Origin: Parafilimonas sp.
GTDB lineage: Bacteria; Bacteroidota; Bacteroidia; Chitinophagales; Chitinophagaceae
Direction of reading: 5' to 3'
Length of the DNA: 33,045 nt
NCBI GenBank assembly: GCA_035631175.1
Contig: DASQJI010000566.1
Span: forward strand, 1-33,045
Shown: piece by piece, positions 16,511 through 26,500 of the stretch
Position numbering within the stretch: the first letter of the stretch is position 1
Layout: each line of letters opens with the position of its first letter
The notes under the pieces: model-generated
Database searches by the model: none
Told to the model about the DNA's origin: nothing
Seen by the model: only the letters and a program-made list of their open reading frames with translations
Made by a program: the position numbers and the translations under genes

Positions 16511-19500
16511 ATGAGTTTTACAGAAAGTGTTACATTAACAGCTAATACTTCATCGTTTACAAGTGCGATGCAAGCAGCAGAAACAGCCATAAAGGCTGCG
16601 GCTGCTGCAGCTGCATCTTCTGCCTCTTCATTTACAAGTCAAGCTAGTTCTATGTCCAATGCTGCAGCATCGGTTCAGAGAAGTATAACAGTTTACAATT
16701 CTTACGGTCAAGCCGTTAAAGCTGCGGGTTCTAGTGGTACTGCTCTAACAGGTTCATTATCACAGTTATCCTCTTCGGCAAGCAGCAGTCAGGGAGCAAT
16801 CAGGGGAATGGAGGCAGCAGTAGCTAATAGCGCAACTACAACAAATAACGCTAACTCTGCTGTCAAGTTTTACGGTACTTCACTTACAACTAGCGGTCAA
16901 GCTTCAGCAGCAGCAGGAACTAAATTCAATGCAATGGGTCAAGCTATTAGCACTAATGTAGATGCAGCTCAAAAGACCTCAACATCATTTGGTGCTCTTA
17001 ATAACGTCATGGGTCAAACCTCACAAACTACCGAACAAACAGCCACATCAACTCAGAAAATGGGTGTTAATTTTAGTAATGCTGTAGGGTTTATGGGTGC
17101 TGCTATAGGTTCAGGTGTTCAATTATTCGAAACATTCGAATCTCTAGAGCGTGCTCAGGTAGGTGTTGATAGAGCACAAAACCAACTTACAACTTCTCAA
17201 ATCAAAGTTACATCATTACAGAACCAGTTAAACAAGCTAACAGCAGAAGGTAAAACAGGAACAGCGGAATATTCCCTAGTTCAGGAGAAATTAGCAGCAG
17301 CTCATGAGAAAGCAGAAACAGCAGCAGATAGACTTCAGTTAAAACAGAACGACTTGAACGTAACATATGCCGACTTTGCTAAGAATATAATTCCTGAAGT
17401 TATTTCGGTAGGCGCTACTATGACGGGTGCTTTAGGAAATATGGGGGTAAGTACAGCGGGATTAAAGGAGAAATTCTCAGCATTAATACCAGCACTAACA
17501 GGGGGTGCAACAGGAATGCGGGGATTTGGAGCCGCTCTAGCTTCTATAGCGCTAAATCCTTTTACAATAGCATTAACAGCGCTAGCAGCGGCATTAATAG
17601 CGTATAAAACTAATTTCTTGGGCTTTAGAGATGTAACTAATGAAGCAGGCGTAGCAGTAGGCAACTTAAACCCAGTATTGAAGTTAGGTGCTGATGCTCT
17701 ACTAGCATTTGGTCAAACATTTGGTATTGCTGGAGGTGATATTGATAAAACCTCACAAGCAATGCATAAAGATGTAGACGATATCGGAAAGTCTTGGAAT
17801 CTATTTCTAGTTATATTACAAAGAGGTGTTGATGCAGTTGGAGAGATACTGTCTAATTTCTTTGCACCTCTAACTGGAGCACTATCACAGTTAGCAGCAG
17901 CTTTAGACCCAGCGGCCGCAGCAATAGAAGGATTCTTTTCTACTATCAGCAGTTCGTTAGATCCTGCAGCTGCAGCAATAGAAAGCGCATTAACTGCTAT
18001 AGACACAGCAATATCTAACTTCTTCCAACAAACATTAAGCGCTGCGGGAGAGATAGAATCATGGCTAGACACGAATATAGTACAGCCAATAATAAAAGGA
18101 ATTCAAGCAATACCAGCAAAACTAACTACAAGCGCTATAGACCTGGTTGCTGTAGTATGGAATGCGCTTAAAGCAGCGGGTAAAGCGATAACTGATGCAG
18201 CACAATGGGTAGACCAAATGATATTAACCCCTATTGCCAATGCAATTAATACAGTAGTTTCAATTGCATCTAGGATAAACAAGATAGATATTGTTGCTAT
18301 AGTATGGGAAACACTCAAATCAATTGGTAAACCTATTAGTGACGCACTAGCATGGTTAGCGACAAATATCTTTAACCCTATAGTCGCAGCAATCAATACT
18401 GGTCTTCAAACTATAGGAGGTGGTCTTGGTAAGATAGACCTGGTAAATGTAATATGGCAGATTATCAAGGCAAATTCAAAGCCTATAACTGATGCAGGTG
18501 CTTGGATTAACAAGAACCTCATAGACCCAATAGTTAAATCATTAGAAGGTGCTGAGAAGGCATTTCAAGGTGGTATCAAAGGATTACAAGAGTGGGGTGC
18601 TGCTAATGATTTATCAAAGCAAAAGGTAGATAGCCATTCGGGTTCTGTTGTAAAACAATCCGCATCACTCAATGAAGCAGGGGGTAAATTTCTATTTGTA
18701 GCAGATACGGTAAGCACAGCTAACGGTTTACTGGGTGAAAATGGTGATATCACAAATAAATCAGCTCAAGCTACTGACCAGCTTTCAGCAGCTCAAGCTA
18801 AAGAAGCAAACCAAATAACTGCCAATCTTAACGCTATTAAATCATTAAGCGATAACTACAGAGTAGCAATCGAAACTTCTGCTGGTTTCTCTGATTCACT
18901 TACAAAAGAAGATCTCGAAGCAAACCGCACATTAGCGGTATATAATGCGATGGGTGCGGAGTTGACCAAACTCAAAGATGCCAATAAGAATGCAGGAATA
19001 GAAGTTGACGCTCTAACTAAACTGATGCAAGAATCTGCATTTGTTCAAGAATTACAGACTAAAGGCGTTTTAGAACAGCAGAAAGCATTGCTTTCAACAG
19101 AGCAAGAAACCGCAGTAATGCAGGGTAAACTACAGGAATTAAACTCTGAATTATCTAGGGGTGAAGCTCAATGGGTATCATATCAGAACGGTATCGCTAA
19201 AGCTAATTTAGAATTTGCACAGAATGAGCAAAAGATAGCAGCATCACAAGGTGAATTAGAATCATTAAATGAACATCTCAGAGATGGTTCGGCATCATTC
19301 CAAGCCTATAGACAGGGTATTGTTGAAGCAGATATAGAATATGACAAGTTCATAACATCTTCTATTCAAGCGGGTGCTAAACAGCTAGAACTAAACGATA
19401 GGTTAACGTTAGCAGCGCGTGCATTTGGTGGATTACCAGGATTTATCGAGCCTACCATACAAAACTTGGAGGCTTTTGTTAAAGCTGGTATGTCGCTTAC

Positions 19501-20992
19501 GGGTACATTAAAAGACAATGGTGAGGCCATGAAACAGTTCGAAGAGATAGCAACTAAATCATGGAATGATATGACTGCTGCGGGTCAGGATTTCTTTAAG
19601 AAACTGATTGATTCGGCTAGGAAAGGAGGTACTGACATGGTAAAAGGATTTGATGACGCAATGCAAGACCTTCCCCCTGCTGTATGGGAAAACCTAACAG
19701 CAGCAGACGAGCAAGCACTAAAAGCTGGAGCGTTGTTTGCTGCAGCAGGTCAGAACGCAGCAGAACTATTTTCAGTAAAACTACAGTCAGGAATCAATCA
19801 GGGAATGGATTTCAATACTGCTGTAGGATATGCCAAACAAGCTGCTATAGACATGGTTCAGCAGTTTGTTGATCAAAACCCAGCAATGGCAGCAGAAGGA
19901 CAGAAGTTTATCGAAGCTTTAACTAACGCTACAGGGACGGGCATAAACCAAGTATTACAACAATTTAGCTCGATGCCTGGTCCGATTGGCCAAATGGCAC
20001 AACAAATGCTACAAGCATACCAATCCCAAGGTATGAATCCTATGGTAGCAGGTTCTCAAACTGCAGCAACTCAATCAAAAGCAGCTTTAACGGATATTCC
20101 AACAGCAGCACAGACATTCGGACAAATAGCTACATTATTCCAGCAGCAAGTCGAGCAAACACTACCAAGAATGGCCACAAATGCAGCAAACGGAGTAAGA
20201 ACAGCCATAAATGTGATACCTGGAGCCGTAAACGCTGCATTTTCAAGAGCTGCAGGCGATGCAGGCGGCTATTTAGCAACAATTATGAGAAATTCGCAAA
20301 CTGCTTTTGCTGCTGTAGGTAATGCTGCTAATGCAGTAGTAGGACCAATAAACGCGGCATTCTCAAGAGCGGCTAGCGTTGCGACTTCAGCGTTTAACAC
20401 AATACGAAGTCAAGCAACTTCAGCATTCAATGCTGTAGGTCAAGCGGGTCAACAAGCAGGAAGCAGGGTGTCATCTGGTATGCAAGCAATTCAACAATCA
20501 GCACAAAGAGCAACACAACAAGTCCAACAATTAAAGAGTATGATTGATTCACTCAGAGATAAACGAGTTACAATTACCGTATATGTGGGTCTTACTGGTC
20601 CTGGAGTTGGTTATCTACAACACGGTGGTATTTTGTATGCGCAACATGGCGCTGTTATAGATTCGACAACAAAACCACCATTTATCACAGATAGACAGAT
20701 GAAACGTGGTAATGCTGTCATAGGTGAATTTGGTAAACCTGAGCTAGTCCTACCTCTATCAAAACACCCTGGAGATGTAGCAGATAAAGAGATTTCAGTA
20801 AAATCACAGTATGCTAAAGGCTTCGGTGGTGGTGGTGGTGGTCGTCCTAGTACAATGGGCGGCGGCAAGCAAGAAGTATCAGTTAAAGGTAAAATATCGA
20901 ATGATGTTCCTATTAATGTCTATCTTGATAGTCGTAAGATAATGAGTACAGTACAAAGACAATTGTTGGAGTTCTCAGATGCCGCGATTTAA
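16511..20992 (+). CDS. Tape measure protein
   Basis: 1493 aa, Ala-rich helical. N-terminal VTLTANTSSF, Trp-spaced ~44-aa repeats, C-terminal QHGG...IGEFGKPELVLPL and VYLDSRKI motifs typical of TMPs. Confidence 0.92.
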   Translation: MSFTESVTLTANTSSFTSAMQAAETAIKAAAAAAASSASSFTSQASSMSNAAASVQRSITVYNSYGQAVKAAGSSGTALTGSLSQLSSSASSSQGAIRGMEAAVANSATTTNNANSAVKFYGTSLTTSGQASAAAGTKFNAMGQAISTNVDAAQKTSTSFGALNNVMGQTSQTTEQTATSTQKMGVNFSNAVGFMGAAIGSGVQLFETFESLERAQVGVDRAQNQLTTSQIKVTSLQNQLNKLTAEGKTGTAEYSLVQEKLAAAHEKAETAADRLQLKQNDLNVTYADFAKNIIPEVISVGATMTGALGNMGVSTAGLKEKFSALIPALTGGATGMRGFGAALASIALNPFTIALTALAAALIAYKTNFLGFRDVTNEAGVAVGNLNPVLKLGADALLAFGQTFGIAGGDIDKTSQAMHKDVDDIGKSWNLFLVILQRGVDAVGEILSNFFAPLTGALSQLAAALDPAAAAIEGFFSTISSSLDPAAAAIESALTAIDTAISNFFQQTLSAAGEIESWLDTNIVQPIIKGIQAIPAKLTTSAIDLVAVVWNALKAAGKAITDAAQWVDQMILTPIANAINTVVSIASRINKIDIVAIVWETLKSIGKPISDALAWLATNIFNPIVAAINTGLQTIGGGLGKIDLVNVIWQIIKANSKPITDAGAWINKNLIDPIVKSLEGAEKAFQGGIKGLQEWGAANDLSKQKVDSHSGSVVKQSASLNEAGGKFLFVADTVSTANGLLGENGDITNKSAQATDQLSAAQAKEANQITANLNAIKSLSDNYRVAIETSAGFSDSLTKEDLEANRTLAVYNAMGAELTKLKDANKNAGIEVDALTKLMQESAFVQELQTKGVLEQQKALLSTEQETAVMQGKLQELNSELSRGEAQWVSYQNGIAKANLEFAQNEQKIAASQGELESLNEHLRDGSASFQAYRQGIVEADIEYDKFITSSIQAGAKQLELNDRLTLAARAFGGLPGFIEPTIQNLEAFVKAGMSLTGTLKDNGEAMKQFEEIATKSWNDMTAAGQDFFKKLIDSARKGGTDMVKGFDDAMQDLPPAVWENLTAADEQALKAGALFAAAGQNAAELFSVKLQSGINQGMDFNTAVGYAKQAAIDMVQQFVDQNPAMAAEGQKFIEALTNATGTGINQVLQQFSSMPGPIGQMAQQMLQAYQSQGMNPMVAGSQTAATQSKAALTDIPTAAQTFGQIATLFQQQVEQTLPRMATNAANGVRTAINVIPGAVNAAFSRAAGDAGGYLATIMRNSQTAFAAVGNAANAVVGPINAAFSRAASVATSAFNTIRSQATSAFNAVGQAGQQAGSRVSSGMQAIQQSAQRATQQVQQLKSMIDSLRDKRVTITVYVGLTGPGVGYLQHGGILYAQHGAVIDSTTKPPFITDRQMKRGNAVIGEFGKPELVLPLSKHPGDVADKEISVKSQYAKGFGGGGGGRPSTMGGGKQEVSVKGKISNDVPINVYLDSRKIMSTVQRQLLEFSDAAI

Positions 20993-22883
20993 TGCTGCAT
21001 GGTCTAATTCTTCACGTAACCTACTAGAAGAGTTTGGTCGCGTTCCACCTCTAGAAGATATTACAAAGAAGTATGTCGTAGATGTCGCTCCAGTATACGC
21101 TAAAGTTTCTGAGTATCTAGAACCACTCCAATGTAAAATAGAGGTATGGGATCTAAAGAAATTAGAGAAACGTTATGAATACAATTCATTTGATACTAGA
21201 GCAAATCAAATCATTGTAGAATCTGCTACAGTAGATTTGGGTATAGATACACACGGCAGCTTTAGCTTCCGTATATTTGATGCAGATAAATTTCTAGATT
21301 CCAAGTTACTGAAGCGAAGGAATTTAGTAATCATATCAGCAAAGAAGTATGGTAATGAAGAATTCACCAATCTTATCTACGGTATGCAGACAAAGGTAAA
21401 GACCGTTAGGGAAGATACGGGAATGCTGCAATATGATATTAGCGGGATTGGTACAGGTTCCATATTAAATGAGCGCGTTATCAATTTTAACAAAGTAGCA
21501 AGACCCGAATCCTTGTTATCATCAAATCCATTCGCTGGAGATCAGACAATGGCAGCAAATAACTTGCTGCGTAAGCTGTTTGTTGATCCTTCCGTGTATG
21601 TTGTAGACGATGTTACTATGGCTGAACAGCTTAACGTCGATATGTCATTACTAGAAGATTCAGAAGTTAAAGACATCTTGGGAGGAATTAATCAGCCTTA
21701 TGTTGATGGTGCACAAGTTTATAATGCTATACTCGAATCGGTGGGTGCACAAGGAGGTATAAACGCAAATAATCAAGCCTATCTAAGATATCCTTCTGAC
21801 ATATTTTCGGGTACAAAGATTAGAGCATGGGACTATGAATCAGATGAAGAGAATCTAGACTTTGCAGAAAACACTTCTTACTTTATGGGTCCGTTTGAAT
21901 ACGAAATCTCATGGGCTAAAGAAGACGGCTTCGTTAATCGGTGGATCTCAAAAGGTAGAACTCAACAAATAAGCGCTAGTTCAGGTACAACAGGTGTGCA
22001 AGATGGTTTCGTACCGACATTTGAGCGAGACTTAGCACAAAAGTTCAAACCCAATGCTTCTAACCTCAGAGATCTAGCTTTAATGCTGCAAAAGGTTGGT
22101 GATGGTACTAGCGATCCCGCGAATACAAAATACCTGCATGGTCATATCACATTAGATAATAATGGTACTCCAAACGGTGCTGTCCTTTCTTACTTTAACA
22201 TACCGCTAACTGATATCCCTACAACAATGGGACCAGTTTACTTATCGAATTTAACATTGAACTTTAACATAGACGCTTCTCAAGATCTGTGGATTATCTT
22301 GTACGATAGGGGAGATGACGATAATAATACAATACATTGGGGTGTTGTAAACAATCCTGATGCACCTTCAACTAACGCAGTTAGATACTATCATAGGAGT
22401 CCACCTGATCCTTGGGTATTAGACCACTTTAACGGCTCAGGTTGGGAGCTTCACCCTGGTTCATTTAGCTTTATGTTCAGCGCGTTTGACTCATTCACTA
22501 ATGCAGTTATAGCAGAAGATCCAGATTCAATACAAAGATACGGAATAGTTGAAGATGTTATAAATGTAGAATGGGCACCAAACACTAACATCGTTAATCG
22601 CTTTGTATCAGAACGTCTCGCAACTACAGCACTTCCTAAAATTGTGTATAATGCTAATACTGTCACTCTACCAGGTAAAATATTTCTACCAGGTCAGATA
22701 ATAAGCATAGAAGACAAATTGTCCGACCTACCTAACAATCTCAATATTCGCGCTGACATATTAGCTGTAAGATATAATTTCGGTGGTGCTTCAGCAGAAT
22801 TTGGAGGACAATTAGGCGCTTTATTCACAGATATATCACCCGTTGGACTTTATGATTTTCGACAAGAAGAGGAAGAAACCTAA
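20979..22883 (+). CDS. Tail-tip / baseplate hub-like protein with an inserted beta-sandwich domain
   Basis: 634 aa immediately after the TMP. Hub-like motifs GSFSFRI, EDPDSIQRYGIVE and PGQIISIED; insert at about 22020-22490. Confidence 0.65.
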   Translation: MPRFNAAWSNSSRNLLEEFGRVPPLEDITKKYVVDVAPVYAKVSEYLEPLQCKIEVWDLKKLEKRYEYNSFDTRANQIIVESATVDLGIDTHGSFSFRIFDADKFLDSKLLKRRNLVIISAKKYGNEEFTNLIYGMQTKVKTVREDTGMLQYDISGIGTGSILNERVINFNKVARPESLLSSNPFAGDQTMAANNLLRKLFVDPSVYVVDDVTMAEQLNVDMSLLEDSEVKDILGGINQPYVDGAQVYNAILESVGAQGGINANNQAYLRYPSDIFSGTKIRAWDYESDEENLDFAENTSYFMGPFEYEISWAKEDGFVNRWISKGRTQQISASSGTTGVQDGFVPTFERDLAQKFKPNASNLRDLALMLQKVGDGTSDPANTKYLHGHITLDNNGTPNGAVLSYFNIPLTDIPTTMGPVYLSNLTLNFNIDASQDLWIILYDRGDDDNNTIHWGVVNNPDAPSTNAVRYYHRSPPDPWVLDHFNGSGWELHPGSFSFMFSAFDSFTNAVIAEDPDSIQRYGIVEDVINVEWAPNTNIVNRFVSERLATTALPKIVYNANTVTLPGKIFLPGQIISIEDKLSDLPNNLNIRADILAVRYNFGGASAEFGGQLGALFTDISPVGLYDFRQEEEET

Positions 22884-22885
22884 TA

Positions 22886-23515
22886 ATGATAGTAGAAGAC
22901 GTTGAAGCTAAAGTAGAATATAACGATATCACACAAATTGTAAAGTGGAAACCTGAAGACTGGGACACAGTCAATAAACATTTCATATGGACTAGAGAGG
23001 CAAAGGAACGCAAGGACAAGAAGATACTTAAGCAATTAATCGATGCTGTAGATTATACAATTGAGCATGCTAAAGCTGGAGAATCTACTCACAGCGCTCA
23101 ACCTTTAGAGGTAGTAGAGAAGAAAGATAGAATTGTAGCAGCGGGAAGGTCAAGAGCTGCCGAATTAATCACGGGTGAAAGTAAAGCCACATTTGACAAT
23201 ATGGCTATAGGACTATCACAGATACCAGCTCAAGATTCTGATTTCAAACTCTATGAAGAGGTTGGTAGAGTATCATCACAACTAACAGGGTTTGTTGGTG
23301 CTGCTGGTTCAGTCATAAAACACGTTGCTACATTCAGCCCTTCATTTCCTAGTAATACATACTGGGAAGTTGCACCCGTCGATACCGACGTAGAAAGCGA
23401 TGATCAAGCAATTTTCGCTAGAGTAGTATTCTCAGCAGATAGACCAGCAATCCATGTAGCAGGCGAAGACTTCTTTACAGTACATCATTCAACGTTCACG
23501 AGTAGTGGTGCCTAA
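22886..23515 (+). CDS. Tail/baseplate structural protein
   Basis: DRIVAAGR..AELITG..MAIG..A.DSD..LYEEVGR pattern is common in phage tail fibre attachment proteins. Confidence 0.6.
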   Translation: MIVEDVEAKVEYNDITQIVKWKPEDWDTVNKHFIWTREAKERKDKKILKQLIDAVDYTIEHAKAGESTHSAQPLEVVEKKDRIVAAGRSRAAELITGESKATFDNMAIGLSQIPAQDSDFKLYEEVGRVSSQLTGFVGAAGSVIKHVATFSPSFPSNTYWEVAPVDTDVESDDQAIFARVVFSADRPAIHVAGEDFFTVHHSTFTSSGA

Positions 23516-23518
23516 GAA

Positions 23519-26500
23519 ATGTCATCATTAGGCGGCGGCTTCTCTCAGATGCGGCGTCGGTCGCATGCACAAAATAAGATTACTCAGTTAGTTAGAGAAT
23601 TTCAGAGATTCACAGCGGGTCAGATAAAGATCGAAAATCCCGACTTTAGAACTCTGAACAGAACTGCATCTTCAAGGATGAAATACAGCGATCCCTTCGT
23701 CTTTAGCAAGAAGAAGTCAGTATTTCCCTTGTTTATGATGCCATTTGAACCAGACTTCAACCATACAGCACTAATGCTAAGAATGGATCATTTAGGTCGT
23801 CTATCTAAAGATTCATCAGGGTTCGGACATCATGCTATAATTTACGGTAATCAAGAATTAAAGCAGGGTATAGACACGGGTAATGGTCCTTCGCTTTATC
23901 AGAATTTCGACGGAGCTTCTACATATCTGCAAGTAAAAGACAGATACAATCTACTTAATAGTTCAATATACACTACTGGTTTATCATTAGCAGCTCGAAT
24001 ATATCCTGAAGATCTTACTTTTACGTCGGGTGATGACACAAAGCCTAGAATTATTCTAAGCAAGCATGACGATGCGAGAGGTCTTTATGGGTATGTGCTC
24101 GGTGTTTGGCCTGATGGTAGTTTGCAATACACGTTCACTCGTGGTGGACAACCATATTCAGTTGCAACACCTCCCGACACTATCAAACTAGATACATCTA
24201 CAGAATTACCCGATCAAACTTTAGCAGAGAAAACAACACCCCCTCCCCCACCTCTACCTTATGATATCACAGTAGCAGAAACTATCAATCCTGGTATACC
24301 ACAGCAAGCAGCTTTCGTAAATATTGTTGCTAACCAATTCCCTGCTTCTAGTTCAGGTGCGGGTACTGATCCGCTCGGTGTCAAGATGTTATATCCAACA
24401 AAAACATCGGGTCAAACCTGGTATTCTAATAATAGTGCAATAGTTAACCGTACTGATTCACGTGTCTTATATGCTGCAGCTTTAGCGCCTGGAGAAGTTA
24501 CATTAAATTCTGATGGTTCAATAAAAGTCACTAAAGCTGTAGATGCAGAGAACAGGTTCTATATTACACCGACTACAGGTTATGACCATACTCTATGTTC
24601 TCAGAGTTGGTCGACTAACTCAAGTAGGGGATATATGCAAAATGCCCAGGATTGGAGAAATGTTGAGATTACTGCCCACGTTAGGATAAATTCCGTATGG
24701 TCTACCTTAGGACATGCTATAGTTTGGTATGTCCGTGGTGGTCATCATTCAACGACTTACCCATGTGAAGGATCGGCATACAAAGGAAACATAATGTATG
24801 CTGATGCGTCGTCACGCTTTCAGAAAGAAATGGCTCACCCGAATTATTACCCGACTACAAACAAGACAACAGGTCTAGCAAATAATTTCGTGGGTCGATG
24901 GTTCGGTTACAAATTCGTCTGCTATGATATGACAGACGGAAATGTAAAGCTAGAGAACTGGTTAGACCTGAACCTAGACGGCAATTGGGTTAAAGTTGAT
25001 GAACGTATAGATTCAACGGGGTGGGGTGTAAATCCTGGCTGCGGTGGTTCAACAGATCAAAAGTTCAATTGGGGAGGTCCTCAAGTTGCCTTCAGATTCG
25101 ATGCAGCTAAAGACATAGATTTTAACAAAATGTCTGTAAGGGAAATAGATGCAACAGGTACAGGCGGCGTAGTTACTCCCTCTCCTCCAACAGGTGCGGG
25201 AGTAGACCCATTTGGAGTACAGAAATTATACGCTGACGATCCCGCAAAGCCTAATCATTGGTATATGGGAAGTCTAACGTCTGACCCGATGGTTAACTTA
25301 TCGGGTTCTGCTTCTAACCTAGGGAGCGGTGTATGGGAAGGACATGTGACCACATCGGACAACCCCGCTAGCTTTAGAATTAATGTAAAGACAAAATCAT
25401 GTCAAAGCGATTTCTCTGATTCATTACAAGCAAAACACGGTGAAGATTGGGTATTAAGAGAAGCAGACGGTTATACCTGTAAACCTGATGATTGGCGTAA
25501 CGTAGAGATGACAATATTCTGGTACGTTACCCAATGGGACGCGGCAGACGAAATGTCGCCCTATGTCAGAGGGGGTAGTCATCATGATGGTTGGCCAATT
25601 GCGTGTATAGCCACGGAATATAAAGGTCAGATACAAAAGGCAGGAAATTCAAGATTTGCTAAAGAATTTCATCATTTATCAGGTAGTACGGGTTATGCAT
25701 TCTATAGCGGCAATCCGAAGTTTACGCTAACTGATAGAACAAACAAATGGACTGGTCATAAGTTCGTTTGTTATGATTTCGTTAGAGCAACAGACGGCAA
25801 GAAATGTGTGAAAATGGAAGTCTATGCTGAAACATCAGACGAAACTAACGGTAATCCTACGACACAAAACTGGAGACTGATGAATGAGTTAGTAGACGAT
25901 GGTACTCTAGCTGATTGTCCTGAGAAGGGTTATGTTTCTAATTGCAATGGAATTGCAAAACAAGTTTTTAGATGGGGGTCAGGGATGTCCACTTTCCGTA
26001 TAGACAACGTAATTGTGAGGGTCAAGAAGGCGTCTATACGAAATATAATCGCAACACCTTCCTCAACTCCCCCACCTCCTACATGTCCAACAGGGCAACA
26101 TTGGGATTCGACACTTCAATTATGTGTGGCTGATACTGTTACCACACCACCCCCTACTTGCCCAACAGGTCAGCATTGGGACGTTACTTTAAATCAATGT
26201 GTTGCCGATACGGTAACGACACCTCCCCCACCCCCACCAACAGGGGGAGCGGGCACGGATAAATTCGGTGTAAAGATGATTTATCCAACTAAATCACTAG
26301 GTGATACTTGGTTTCTAAACGCAAACCCTGGTCACGTATCTGGAGATACAAGGTTAGTAAGTAATGCTGTGGTTTCATTTCCCGCTCCAGATATTATGTC
26401 ATTTACAGCGGCGAATATCAGGTGGGGTGTTACTATAACAGGTGGATATAATCAAGCAATTACATTTACTGATCAAGTCCAATTAAGACAGCGCAAGTAC

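Noticed and set aside
20825-20842. (GGT)n run near the end of the TMP gene
   Set aside because: It encodes a poly-Gly linker in frame; triplet slippage would not switch phase.
26081-26230. Tandem CPTGQHWD repeats as a DGR template/variable pair
   Set aside because: Differences are mostly synonymous third-position changes, not adenine-specific, and no reverse transcriptase is present in the window.
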